64,000 nt of DNA. Origin: Fonticula alba ATCC 38817. Lineage: Eukaryota > Protista > Nucleariida. Positions within the stretch are counted from its first letter, which is position 1, and each line of letters opens with the position of its first letter. Shown in pieces: positions 11,300 to 25,631 of the stretch. The position numbers and the translations under genes were made by a program. Under the pieces are notes generated by a model that saw only the letters and a list, made by a program, of their open reading frames with translations, searched no databases and was not told the DNA's origin. Location: the NCBI GenBank assembly GCA_000388065.2, contig KB932201.1; one strand, 5' to 3'.

Positions 11300-12786
11300 T
11301 CAGTTGGGATGGTGCGCGCTCGGGGCGCCGTGTCCGGACTGCGGCGGCGGGGCCGTCCCAGGGGGAGGGAGCCCGGCCCCGGTGCCCTGGCGGCGCCACT
11401 CCTCCGGCCGCCCGGCTGGTTGGTGGTACATGCCGCCCAGCATATGTGGCGGGGGGGGCGCCGCGGCCGCGCCCGCCGCGAAGACCGGGTGGAAGTTGCT
11501 TCCATAGATGAGCCCGGCCGGGGGGGCCCCGGCAGCAGCTTGTGAGAACCCGGCAGCCGCCTGGTGCAGTGCGCGCGCCGGCATGTAGTGCGCGGCCGCG
11601 CCACCGCGCAGGGCCGCCACCGGGGCGCCAAGGGCCGGATGAACCATGCCAGGGGCCGCGTGCGTCGGGACGCCAGGTCGCACCCGGGGGGCTGTCGTGG
11701 GTTCCCGGCGCCGGGGGGCCACCACACCACCAACAGGTGCGGTACTCCCTATGGCCAGGAGGACCGGTGTCGTGATTGTCAGGGTAAGTGTGGGCAGCGG
11801 CGGCACCGGAGCGGCCAAACGAACGAGGGAGTCGCGTGGGGACAAGGGAAAAAGAATGGCAGAAGGGCCGGAAGGGGGACGCACCACCACGGCGGGCTCC
11901 ACGCCCGCTGCCACCGAGGCCGCTGCCACCGCCGAACCGATTCCGATTCTGCGCATCGCGACTCCGCGAGGCAGACCATCCCCCTCGGTTGATGTCGAAA
12001 TCCTGGCGCATTTCATCGCGGATCTGAGCCAAGTCAGGTCGGGTGGTGACCGGAAAGGCAGGGGAGGGAGAGGAAGAGAGGGAAAGGAAGCGGCGGCCCT
12101 TGGTGAGTGTGTGTGTGTGTGTGTGTGGCGAAAAGCGCAGGCACGGATGGAGGTCGTTTTTTTTGATTGCAAAAGAAGGCCCCGGGAAGGAGCGAGGCCA
12201 AAAAGGACCCGAGCGTCCTCGGGCGTACCTGGCCACCGCTCCGCCCGCGACCATACTGTCGCCCATCGAGGAAGCCGCGGTCCCAGTCAACACGAATGGT
12301 TCGATCGTCCATCTTGGTGCCGCTCAGACAGAGGATAGCCCGCTCGGCGTCATTTCGGTGGCGGAACCTGGGCACAACGAGGGAAAGAGGTGAGTTAGGT
12401 GCGTGGGCGCTGGGAACGCGCGCGCGCGCCCGCGGAAAGCACACGCACTCAATGAAGCAGAAGCCGCAGGGGGTCAGCTCATTCCGGTCAAGGCCCATGA
12501 TGATCCGGCGAATCTCGCCGGCCTGCGAGAAAAATTCATAGATCTGTTCCTCGGTGGTGAAGAAGGAGATATTCCCGACGTAGACGGTGGATGTCCGAGA
12601 GAGGGCCTTGATTTGATCCTCGGAAGACTCCTAGAGACATGACGCGGGGATGGGGGGGGNNNNNNNNNNNNNNNNNNNNNNNNNNNNNNNNNNNGGGGGG
12701 GGGGGGGGAGCACGACGAACCACCGACTGACGATCAACGTAGACCGTCTTCGTGGCCAGCTGCTTGACAATGATGGGCGAGGCCAT
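11300..12786 (-). CDS. NCBP2: Nuclear cap-binding protein subunit 2 (CBP20), ~323 aa. Exons 12786-12724, 12630-12449, 12367-12229, 12023-11885, 11748-11300
   Basis: [85 protein letters not shown]. All junctions are phase-consistent; the first donor is atypical and its intron contains a gap. Confidence 0.95.
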
Positions 12787-13650
12787 GATTGCGGCGAGGC
12801 ACAGAAGAGGGAGGGAGAGAGAGGGGGAGAAAGAGACGAGGAGGAGGGACGGGAAAGGAGGAGGCGGGATGGATAGGTCGAGGTGTTACACGGGCGAGGA
12901 TGGGGCGGGCGGCGAGGCCAGAAAGAGGAGGAGGAGGCTGCGCTGTGGCTCCGAAGCCCTGCCTTGCGCCGGGACGGGGGGGGCCGAGAAAAAAGAGACC
13001 GCCCTCTGGCTGATGCACACGGATGTGCCTTTGTGTTAGTCCCCCGGTGGCGTTGCTACTGCCACTGGTGCAGCGCCGTTCCGAACGACTCATCACGCGC
13101 ACCATGCCACATGACCCACGCTCCAGATCGGCCTGGGCTGCCCCTTTCAGAATGCCGCCATTTCCGTGTACAATGGCTCCAGCATCGCTGTTGCTCGGCA
13201 GTGATCGTAGGGCGGCCACAAGCGCTGGTACCCCCCCCCCCCCCTCTCTCTCTCTGTCTCTCTCACCTTGCCCTTCGACTCCGGGCAGGTCCACAGACAT
13301 CTTCACAGCATGGCGGTGGCCGGGCCGGTCCCGCCGGGCCTGCTTTTGAGGCTGTGTGCCTGGCGGTCGGTCCCGGGCCATGCGCCAGCATCTCCGTCCG
13401 TCTCCTTTCGCTCCGCCTCTCGTCCCCCCCTCCCCTCCTCCACCTCGCTCTGCTCTTGCTCTTTCTTTGCTCCGCCGCCCTCCTCCGCCCCTCGGCTCCT
13501 TCCGGTCCCTTCCCTCTTTCCCCTTCCTCTCTCTCTCCCCCCCCCTGCACGCACCGTCCGCCGTCTCCTCNNNNNNNNNNCCCCCCCCCCCCCCCTGCAC
13601 GCACCGTCCGCCGTCTCCTCGCGCGCTGGCCTCTTACCTGTCCCCCAAAG

Positions 13651-16313
<2,663 letters not shown>

Positions 16314-16770
16314 TGTTTTGGAGGGTCTTCTCCTTCCTGACAGGCCCCCCCCCCCCCCCCCCCTCCCACCCCCCTCCATCCCTCCCTCCGCATGGGTTTG
16401 GTTTTGATGTGTGATGTGCAATGTGCGCTTCTCCTCTTTTCCCTCCCTTCAAGGTGGCTTGGGGGCGGCCCGTCTCCCGCCTTTCCTCTTCCCTTGCCTT
16501 CGAGTGGGGGATGTGGGCAGGAAAGGCTTCTGTCTCTGTGTCTCCCCTCTCCTCCTCCTCCTCCTGCTCACCTCCTGATATAAAATGTCGTCTACCTTTT
16601 CGGTTTTTTTTTCACTTTCCAAAACGTATATTTACTGTTGCGCGCTCGCATCTTGGCACTGATGTACAGCCTCTCCCTCCATGGAGAAAGGGCCACACAT
16701 CGGTCTCCTGGCGCGAGTGTTGAAATGTGGCCGCGACAAAGCACAGGTCGCCTCTTCTTGTGTGTGTGTC

Positions 16771-16815
<45 letters not shown>

Positions 16816-17760
16816 TCAGAAGCCAGGAGGGAGGGTTTGCGGAGAAGGGGAGAGGGGATGGGAGCAGGCATCGTGAAAGAGCGATGGGGGGGGGGGAGGA
16901 GAGATGGGCGAGGTCTGACGGAAAGCGCGCTTGCCTTTTCCCTGCACAGATATCGCGGCACACACCGAGGGGAACTTCTGTTCATCCGCCCGGTGACCAA
17001 ATCCATACATTGTGAGGCATGCATATCTGCTCCAGCCAACTTCCATGCGCCAGTCTCCCCCTCCCCCCATCGGGCTGTTTTTCCGCCGACGCCGCCCCTT
17101 GACCAATGTACCACCCCCTCCCTTCCTCCGCCGCTTCTGTCTCCTTCAGTCACACTGCTTCACACACATACGCATACACGCACACATGCACAAGGGCGCC
17201 CCCCTGCAATGTCCAACGGCCACTCACATGTGCGACGTATTCGACTGCGAGCGCGATATTCACAAGCACACACAAGTGTGTGTGTGTGTGTGTGCGCGCG
17301 CGCGTGCACTAGGCACTCAGCACGGTGCTCAGCATGCGGGCGGCCTGAGACCAGTAGCCCGGGCGCTGGATCGGTGTGCTCATGTCAAAGGGATTGCGCG
17401 AGGGGCTGGTCGACATGTGACGCTGCGATGTGTGCAAGGGGGGGGGGGGGGATATCGCCGCGTGCGATGTGATTTGTCCGCGGGTGAGCATGCACACAAG
17501 CACGCGGGCGGAGCCCAACCGACAACCACACACGAAGGCACATTGGCACATACGCAAGTGGCAGAGGAGGGCCGATGCGTTCGAAGGGTCGGGGAGTGTG
17601 AGAGAGCGGCGCAACTGGCGACAAGAGCTGGTGAAAGGGGGTGCGAGGAGTGGAGAAAAGCACACACACACACACACACGAGTCCTACCCTAATGCCCTC
17701 TCCCTCCCTCTCCCTCTCCCTTTCTCTCTCTCTCTCTCTCTCTCTCTCGCTGCAACCAGC

Positions 17761-20700
17761 TTAGGCCGTCGCGCCTCTGCCCGCCTTTCGCTCCGTTGTC
17801 CCTTTGTCTCCCCGCTTCAGGCTCTCCACCAAGAGGAAGAAAAAATGGCCCAACACGCAGGCAGGCGGGCATACGCCCTCCCCCTCCTGCGCGGCCTCAC
17901 GTACCAGACGGTTTTGATCCTCGTCACAGACATACTCGCGAACGGTGTTCAGGATGGACCGACCGCCGACATCGAGAGCGAGGCCGGCATTCCGGGCAGC
18001 GGAGGACAGATTCCCCCGGCGCCCGGTGGTGTAGAGGGCCTCCTTGCCCGGGGGCAGGATGTACTGGACGTCCTCGCCCGAGGCCCGGCGGCGCAGGGCG
18101 GCCGGGATAATGTCCCCAGGCGACATGCTGAAGATGGTGGAGGTGGCCTCGGCCAGGCGATCGCGCGACCAGACGGCCGACTTGCCCGCCAGCCGGAGTG
18201 CCTGACCCGCCAGTCGGAGTGACTGGCCTGTCAGGCGTCCGGCCCGAGCAGGCAGGTTGGCCAGCCACAGGGTCATCCGGCGAGTGAGCGTGCTGTCGGC
18301 CAGGAAGGCGGCCAACGGGGCGGTCCACTCGCCGCGGCGAGCCCAGGCCCGCTGGACGTGGGCCCGGGCCAATGCCACGGTGGCGGGGATGCGGGCCCGA
18401 AGGCGGCCGGCCGCCGCGCGAACCTTGTCGCGAGCCATGGTCAGGGCGCGGTAGAGGCCGCGCTGCTGGAACTCCTGCTGGATCTGGCGCACAATGCCGC
18501 GCGTCAGTTGGGCATACTCCCGAACCCACGGCCGGAGCCATGCGCCAGCGGCGCGAACCGCGCGCGCCCCGGCCCCCAGGGCACCCTTGCCCAGGTGGTA
18601 GGCGTCGCCGAGGGCCTGGCCGAAGCGGCGGAAGAAGTCGGCCGCCGGCCGACCGGCCATCGCGCCAAGGCGCTTGCCGAGCTGGGCCCATGTTGCCGCG
18701 ATCCGAGCCTCAAGACGGGCTACGGCCCCGGGCAGGGCCCGGGCCGCCGTGGCCCACTGGTGCTGGACCGCGCGTGCGGCCCGGCCGGCCACCGTCAGCA
18801 TGGCATCGAAGGGGGGGACCTGGAGGCCGGCCACGGCGGCGCGAGCCTGCGCATACAGACGCTGGACGCCGCCCGGGGTACGGAGGGCCGTGGCCAGCAG
18901 CTGGGCCCGTTGCAGGGCCCCCTCGAAGCCGAGGCGGCTCAGCAGACGCCGGCCGCCGATCGTCAGCTCGCGTTGCTTTTGCAGGGCAGCCGCACGCAGG
19001 CGCTCCGCCCCGCGGCGGGCCTCCTTTTGCAGGAGGTCTGCCTGGCGGCGAGCCTGCTCCGCGGCCACGGTCGCGTCCTTCTGGAGCTGAGTCACCAAAG
19101 CCGAGCCGTCCTTCTGGAGCTGGGTCAGCTTGGCGGCGCCCTCCTTCTGCAGGGTGGTGGCCATGGCGGCGCCCTCCTTNNNNNNNNNNTGGGTCAGCTT
19201 GGCGGCGCCCTCCTTCTGCAGGGTGGTGGCCATGGCGGCGCCCTCCTTTTGCAGCTTGCTGGCCAGGGCCGAGCCGTCCTTCTGCAGCTGGGTCAGCTTG
19301 GCGGTGCCCTCCTTCTGCAGCTTGGTCAGGGTGGCTGAGCCATCCTTCACCAGCTTGTTGTAGGTGGCCGTGCCTTCCTTCTGCAGCTGGGCCAACTTGG
19401 CGGCGCCCTCCTTGCCGAGGGCCGTCAAAGCGGCAGGGCTGTTCTTCTTCAGGGAGTCCACCGCCGCGGCGCCCTCCTGGCGGAGGCGCTTTGCCGTGGC
19501 GGCACCCTCCTTCTGGAGCCGGGCCAGCTGGGCCGCACTGTCCTTGACCATCTGGTTGTACTTGGCCGTGCCGGTCTTTTGCAATTGGTTGACCATGGCC
19601 GTGCCGTCCTTACGCAGACGATTGACCGTGGCCGTGCCCTCCTTGCGAAGTTTCTTGTAGCTGGCGGCCCCCTCCTTCTGCAGCTTCTGATAGGTGGCCG
19701 AGCCATCCTTGACCAGTTGCTTGTACTTGGTGGTGCCGTCCTTCTGGAGTTTGTTGACCATGGCCGTGCCCTCCTTCTGCAGCTTGTTGACCGCAGCTGT
19801 GCCGTCCTTCTGCAGCTTGTTGGCGATGGCTGTGCCGTCCTTGACAATTTGGTTGTACTTGGCCGTGCCCTCCTTCTGCAGGTGGGTCAGGGCGGCTGAG
19901 CCGTCCTTCACCAACTTCTTGTAGGTGGCAGCGCCTTCCTTCTGGAGCTTGTCGGCGATCATCGAGCCATCCTGCACCAGCTGGTTGTACTTGGCCGTGC
20001 CGTCCTTTTGGAGCTTGGACACCACGGCCGCGCCGTCCTTCTGCAGCTTGGCAAGCTGGGCCGCGCTGTCCTTGACCATCTGGTTGTACTTGGCCGTGCC
20101 GGCCTTTTGCAGGCGGTCTGCCGTGGCGGCGCCCTCCTGGCGGAGCTTCTTCACCCGGCTGGCGCCCTCCTGCTGCAGCTTCTGGTAGGTGGCCGTGCCC
20201 TCCTTGACCAATTGGTTGACCGTGGCCGAGCCGTCCTTCACCAGCTGATTGTACTTGGCAGCGCCCTCCTTCTGGAGCTTGTCCACCAAGACCGAGCCGT
20301 CCTTCTGCAGTTGCTCAACCAGGGCCGCTCCCTCCTTTTGCAAGTGGGAAACCGCCTGGCCGGTCTGCGAGCGAAGGCGCTCGGCCGCGGCCGGGGCCCC
20401 GGCCAGGGTGCTGGCCACCGCGTCGGCGGCCCAGCGTGCCTGGCCGCGCACCTGCTCGGTCACCTGCCGGGCGCCCTTCTCGGCCGAGCGGATGGCCTGC
20501 TCGGCAGTGGCCGCCGTCCGGCGCTGGGCATCCACCAAGGCCGGGGTCTTGGCCAGCCGAGCGGCCGAGCTGCCCACGCCATGGAGCTTTTGCACGGCCG
20601 CATCGGCGGCCTCGGTGACCACATGGTGTGCCACGGTTTGCAGCGTATCGGACACGGTGGATCCTGCCCCCTGGGCGACCTGGCTCAGAAGCCGGTCCCC

Positions 20701-22382
20701 GCGCTCGATGGCCTCACCGACGGTGTGGACCATGCGCGTCAGGCCGATCGAGTTGCCCACATGCCGGGCGAGGTTCACCCCGATGCCGGTGGGCAGGCGC
20801 CATGCCCGGCGGTCCATTGGGCCGGGCTGAAGAAAGGCCAGCGGGATGTCGTTGCGCGAAAAGCCGTTGCGGATCTGCTCGACGGTCGGGCCCTTCATCA
20901 GGGCCTGGCCGCCGTCCATCGGGCGGACACTGCCGCCCCAGATGAGCTGAACACGCACCGGGGCATACACCGGGCCGAGTGTCAGGCCGAGCCGCAGGGC
21001 CGGTCCCCCCGAGCCAGAGGTCCATCCCCCCCCGCCCCCCCCCCCCAGTCATGCGCAGACGGAAGTCCGAATGTCCGGCAAGAGGAGGGCCACACCACAC
21101 CAGCGGAGCCGGCCAGCAAAGTAGAGCCCATGCATGGGGGGCCCGATTCCACATGCGTTGGGAAGCAGCGAGAGTGAGGCCATCGCACCAAGCAAGTGCG
21201 AGCCATTGTGCGCCAGTCACAATGACATCGACCACGGCACACCCATCCACACCCATGGACACACACACACACACACACACGATGGCGGTTCGAACGGTGG
21301 GCGACAATGATAGATCGGCGGTCAGATAACTCGGCCCACTCAACATAGCCCGCCGCCCATGGCGGCCGGCGGCAGGAGAGAAATGTGTCCCCTCGAAGGG
21401 GGTACGAGAGAGAAGTGAACCGCTGGCCACCCCTCCCCCCCCCCCCCCCGCTGTCCATCGCAATCGTGGGATGTGCCCAGGTAGAAACACGCACCCGCTT
21501 GAGAAAGTTGAGCGCGAGCTGCTGCGGCCCGGGGCTCGGGGCCACCGGGGTGCCGGCCAGCTGGCGGTCCTCGCGATCGGCCCGGCGGATGTCCCCGCGC
21601 AGCCGATCCGACATGTTGGACTGGCTGTAGTCCAGCACCCGGGCTGGACGCATCTGGTCGGGTCGAATCCGCGCGGCGGCTGGCCGTTCGGCCGGCGTGA
21701 CCAGGGTGCTCTTGCCGATGCCGGCCGGCCGTTGGACCTCCAGGTGGGGATCCACCCGGCAGGCACTCATCTCGCGGTCGTAATCGAAGAAGGTCGACGT
21801 GACGGGCTGGCGGCCGGCCAGCTGGTTGGCCAGCTCCTCGCTCGTGTACGTCGGGCCCCAGAGGATGCGCCGCCACCAGGTCAAGCTGGCCAGGGCGCCG
21901 GGCAGGGTGTCCGCATCGGCCCCATGGCGCCGGTGCATGGCCGCACACTCGGCATACGCCCCGGGGCCCTGGGGCACCGGGCATGTGTCGCTGTCATGCC
22001 AGTAGGCCGCCGGCTCGGGGCCGAACCAGGCCCGAACCGAGCGCCACTCCGGGTGGAAGGGCAGCTGCTGGCTGGCCCAGTGGAGCTTGGCATGCTGCTG
22101 GAGGTTGGCCCGGTGGGCGCGCTCGTGCGCCACCATGTGCCGGGCCACCATGGTCCCGACGTCGGTGGCAGGCGATGCGCCGGTCGGGCGGGTCACGCTA
22201 ATCTGCGACTGGACAACCGGCATCGCCGAAAGCGACGTCGTACCGCGCGCGCCGCTGGGCCGCCTCGCCGGCGGCGCCGAGGCGGCCCCCCTCTTCGGAA
22301 AGTCTCCGGCCAGGGGGATGGCCGCGTCCTTCATCCGGGCAAGGGCACGCTGTTGCCAGGCCCCGGCCGACGTCCCGGCCAT
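17761..22382 (-). CDS. Orphan protein, ~1350 aa, with a central array of 11-residue amphipathic repeats. Exons 22382-21495 and 20946-17761 (a small terminal intron is possible)
   Basis: Two long ORFs joined by a phase-0 GTGCGT...TTCAG intron (21494-20947). The repeats are strictly in frame and the flanks are Ala/Arg-rich and helical. No recognisable family. Confidence 0.75.
19070..20346 (-). repeat. 33-bp / 11-aa tandem coding repeat, consensus [KQR]L[QV]K[ED]G[ATS]Ax[YVLA][NT], 37 units (39 if the gap-flanking copy is real)
   Basis: Counted unit by unit: HLQKEGAALVE, QLQKDGSVLVD, KLQKEGAAKYN, QLVKDGSATVN ... QLQKDATVAAE. No indels outside the N-gap. Confidence 0.95.
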
Positions 22383-22889
22383 TCGCGCGCACAAGCACCC
22401 ATGCACGCGCAGGAGGCCGGAAGGATGGAGCGGCCCGATAGCCAGCACGGTCCCGGCCACCGGGTCCCAGCACATAGGGACAGGGGAGCCGAGCCGGCAG
22501 GGGAGGTCCCGTCCCCGTCGGGGAAGGGCGGCGGGGAAAGGCCCAATAGGCGAATTCACACTTCGGTGTCAGAGCCCAGCAACTCGATGCGGTGAAAAAA
22601 AAAAAAAAACAGGCGCCAAGATTGGCAAGTGACGATCTCTATTCATCCCCGGCCCGACATGCCCCCGCAGCCCGTGGCCCTGGCCGTGCGAGGCTCTCCC
22701 CCGGCGGGCCTTCCTCGCGCGCCGGGGCGGCACGAGGACGTGTCCCTCTCTTTCTCGCCCTCCGGTGTGTGACTTCTCGCTCTTGCTCTCTCTCGCTCTC
22801 CCGCTTCCCCGCCCGCCGCGATGGCAAAGATGGCCACGCGTGGCAGGGGGCACGCCGGGGAGAGGGCAATCTCCAACGGATGTCCAGCC

Positions 22890-24217
22890 TCAGTGGGGGG
22901 GTACACGTACGCGCTCCTCCGGGCGAAGGGTCCCGGGCGAGCCGAAATCCAACAGCTGGCCGAGCTCATTGTGCAGACGCTCGGTGGCTTGCAGCATGCG
23001 CTCCTCCGATTGGCGAATCGAGTCCGCCAACTGCTCCAGGTCGGACTTGGTGGCCTGGGCCGGGGAAGGGGGCACGGCGCCGTTGGAGGGAAGGTCGGCC
23101 TTGGAAGCTCCGTCACCGTTTGTCTTCTTCCCCGGGCGCGACGTCGTGCCCCTCTGCTCTTTTAAATGCGGCGCATACTTGATGATGGGGGGCGTGCCGC
23201 CGGCGGTGATGACCGTCTGCGGGCGTGTGGCCGCCGCGTCCTACATGAGAGGGGGTATTTGTGTCAGGACCAGGCTACTTGGCCGGGACTCGGGCGGTTG
23301 CCGAGCAGGCCGAGGGGGGGGTGGGGATGGCTCTGCCGGCAGGGCAGGCTGGGGCTGGGGAAAATGCATGGTCGTGCGGAAAGCAAAACACGCCACGCCG
23401 CCCCTCCAAGTGTCGGCTTGCTTCGTATTGGGAGAGCGGCCGGGCCGTTCACATGCCGGGGAAGGGAAGCCGCTGCTCCTTTTGACGCACCTCGATGTTT
23501 TCCATCTGCATCTCGTTCTCAACCTCCGAGAGCAGATAGGTGTTGCCTGGGGTATTCCACTTTACGACGGCGCGGTTGCCGTGTCCCGTAAGCTGTGCAT
23601 GTCACCGGCGCATCCAACCGAAGGCGGCGGCGGCGGCGGCGGCGGCGGCGGCAATGCCGACATCCATGGGTCCGAAGCACGGGCCGCGAGGCAGGGCGTG
23701 AGCGAGCGCCAAACAAGGGGACAAGGAGTCAACCCCGAAGTAGGAGCAGGAGGAGGCCGGCACATCCGAAGGATTCAATGGCCAACGAGGGGCCAGCTGC
23801 CGGGCCGGCACGAGGGGGCCCCCGGTGGGGAAATCAAGCGCGTACCTTGTTCCACAGCCACACGGGCCAGGACTGCATGCTGGAGGGGAGGTCCTCCTCC
23901 TCGGTGATCAGGAGGACATTGGGATTGGGCACCACGGCCGGCTGGCCGGGGGCGCCAGCCGCTCCGGGGACCGGGACCGGCTGGAACATGACCGTACCGT
24001 GGCGCTGTGCCACGGACTGGGCATGCACCACGGTGGCGCAGGCGATGGTGGCGGCCAGCAGGGTCACAAGGAGTTTGGCCGACCGCAGCACGCCCAGTCC
24101 CCCTCTGGAGGACTCGGCGGGAGCGGCGTCGGCCACAGCCACGGGCGGTGACACCGCCCCGGGCTGCAGGTCGTGCTGCTGCTGGCCGACATCCTTATTG
24201 ACTTGGGATGTCGACAT
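22890..24217 (-). CDS. Hypothetical protein, ~274 aa, with one hydrophobic segment and a C-terminal coiled coil. Exons 24217-23846, 23592-23491, 23240-22890
   Basis: Three phase-0 exons with GTACGC and GTGCGT donors join in frame. Hydrophobic LLVTLLAATIACATVVHA; heptad-like SDLEQLADSIRQSEERMLQATERLHNELGQLL. Confidence 0.6.
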
Positions 24218-25631
24218 TGTCTTGGACGACCAGGGGGAGGGGGGTCGGAGGGGCGGCGGTTAGTGGGGAGTTTTTGGCATGCGCTTGAGGGGCCGCGGCG
24301 CAAAGGGGAGCCAGCCACACGGCCAGGCCGGTCGGCACAGCGAGGCGCCGATGGCAAACAGGCCGCATTCGCAGCGGACCTGCCACCCGCCCAAGGTCAG
24401 CCGCGAGGCGGGGGGGGGGGGGGGGCGACGGGCAGCAAAAGCCGAAGCCATGCTGCTGCCGCTCAGGTGGGGCCTCCCGAGGACGATCGGCACAGCAGAC
24501 GGACGACGCAGGGAAGAAGCAAAATGGGCGACATCATGGACAGGGGGAGGCGAGGTACATATTCGGCTTTACGCAGTTCGTGTGCGTCTGGGCGTGGGTG
24601 AAAAAAGGACGTAGGTGCTCTGAAGGCAGGATGGGTGGTTTGGTTATGGTAATGGGATTTGTCTGCGCCCCGGGACCGGTGAACGCGCTTCGCAGGGGGT
24701 ATTTATTTGTCTATCCTCTTTCCCCGTTCCCCCCTCCGCCCTGGGACCCCCGCCCCGCCTCCTCCCCCGGCCACACCGGCCGACACGCAGACATGACGAC
24801 AACCCACCCTCCTGCTCATGGCCAGCACAGGGGTTTGGAGGACGCGATGCCACAGGGAGGCGGGAGGTCGGCAAGAGGCGAGAGGGTCACGCCCTCCCCT
24901 GTTCCGCGCTTGTCAGTCCGCATTTTCGCCGGCTCGCATCACCCCCGCCCCCAGCCCACGCCCGCCCCCCCCCCCTCACCACCTGGCACAGTTTCCCACG
25001 CGAATGCAGGCGGCCATGGTGACGAGAGGGGAGCCACCGCACCACACCGCACCACACCGGCCCGGGACGAGCCCCCCCACACGACAAATAATTGTGGAAG
25101 AGATGCAGCCTATTGATACACCAGAGAGCAAACTCAGTCCCCTCGCGGGAGGGGGGACGGGGGGGGGGGGGGGGGGGGGGGGAGGGGGGGGGCGGCCTTC
25201 CACGGCCATCGTGGCACGGCGCACGCCTTGACCACAATCCACGCGTGTCCCCACAATCAAACGGCTGCTCCTGGTGTTAACTTTAAGAGAGCGAATTAAG
25301 GCGAGCTGGCCATGCGCCTTCTCGCAGCACGCCGCAAGAAATACACTGAATCAGCCCCCTGAACAGGCGCAGGAGTCCGCGACCGGGTGCTCCGGTCAAC
25401 CATGGCGTGTGGGAGACCCTCCTGGCCTGGGACCGCGACCGACCAGGAAGTCAAGAGAGCTCCCGACGCTGGTTGACCCGGGGGGGGGGGGGGGAGCCGG
25501 GGACCTCTCGGGAAGGAAGTGCCCACCCCACGAAAACGCGGCTCGCAGGCCGGGGGGGGGCCCTTCTTCTATGTTGACACCGAGCAACGTAGCCCCCGCG
25601 AGACCCGGGGGCACGGATGGCTATCGGGGGA

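Noticed and set aside
11690-11745. CWWCGG...H zinc-knuckle-like motif in the CBP20 3' region
   Set aside because: It lies in the frame not used after the phase-1 splice and lacks the final Cys.
13535-13620. Duplicated poly-C/GCACGCACCGTCC segment around the gap 13571-13580
   Set aside because: Same gap-overlap artefact.
16314-17760. Long intergenic stretches (also 24220-25630, 40000-41500, 43670-44620) screened for tRNA, snRNA or transposon remnants
   Set aside because: Only microsatellites and poly-C/G tracts; no cloverleaf, Sm site, terminal repeats or transposase/RT motifs recognised by eye. An Infernal or tRNAscan run would be needed to exclude them.
19121-19248. 59-bp exact duplication around the gap 19180-19189 in the 11-mer array
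   Set aside because: The 69-nt offset breaks the 33-nt register; most likely an artefact, so it was not counted as two extra units.
21240-21400. Open frame continuing through the 11-mer gene intron (WAAGYVEWAELSDRR...)
   Set aside because: No suitable AG after the pyrimidine tract, and the phase-0 join 21495/20946 works without it.
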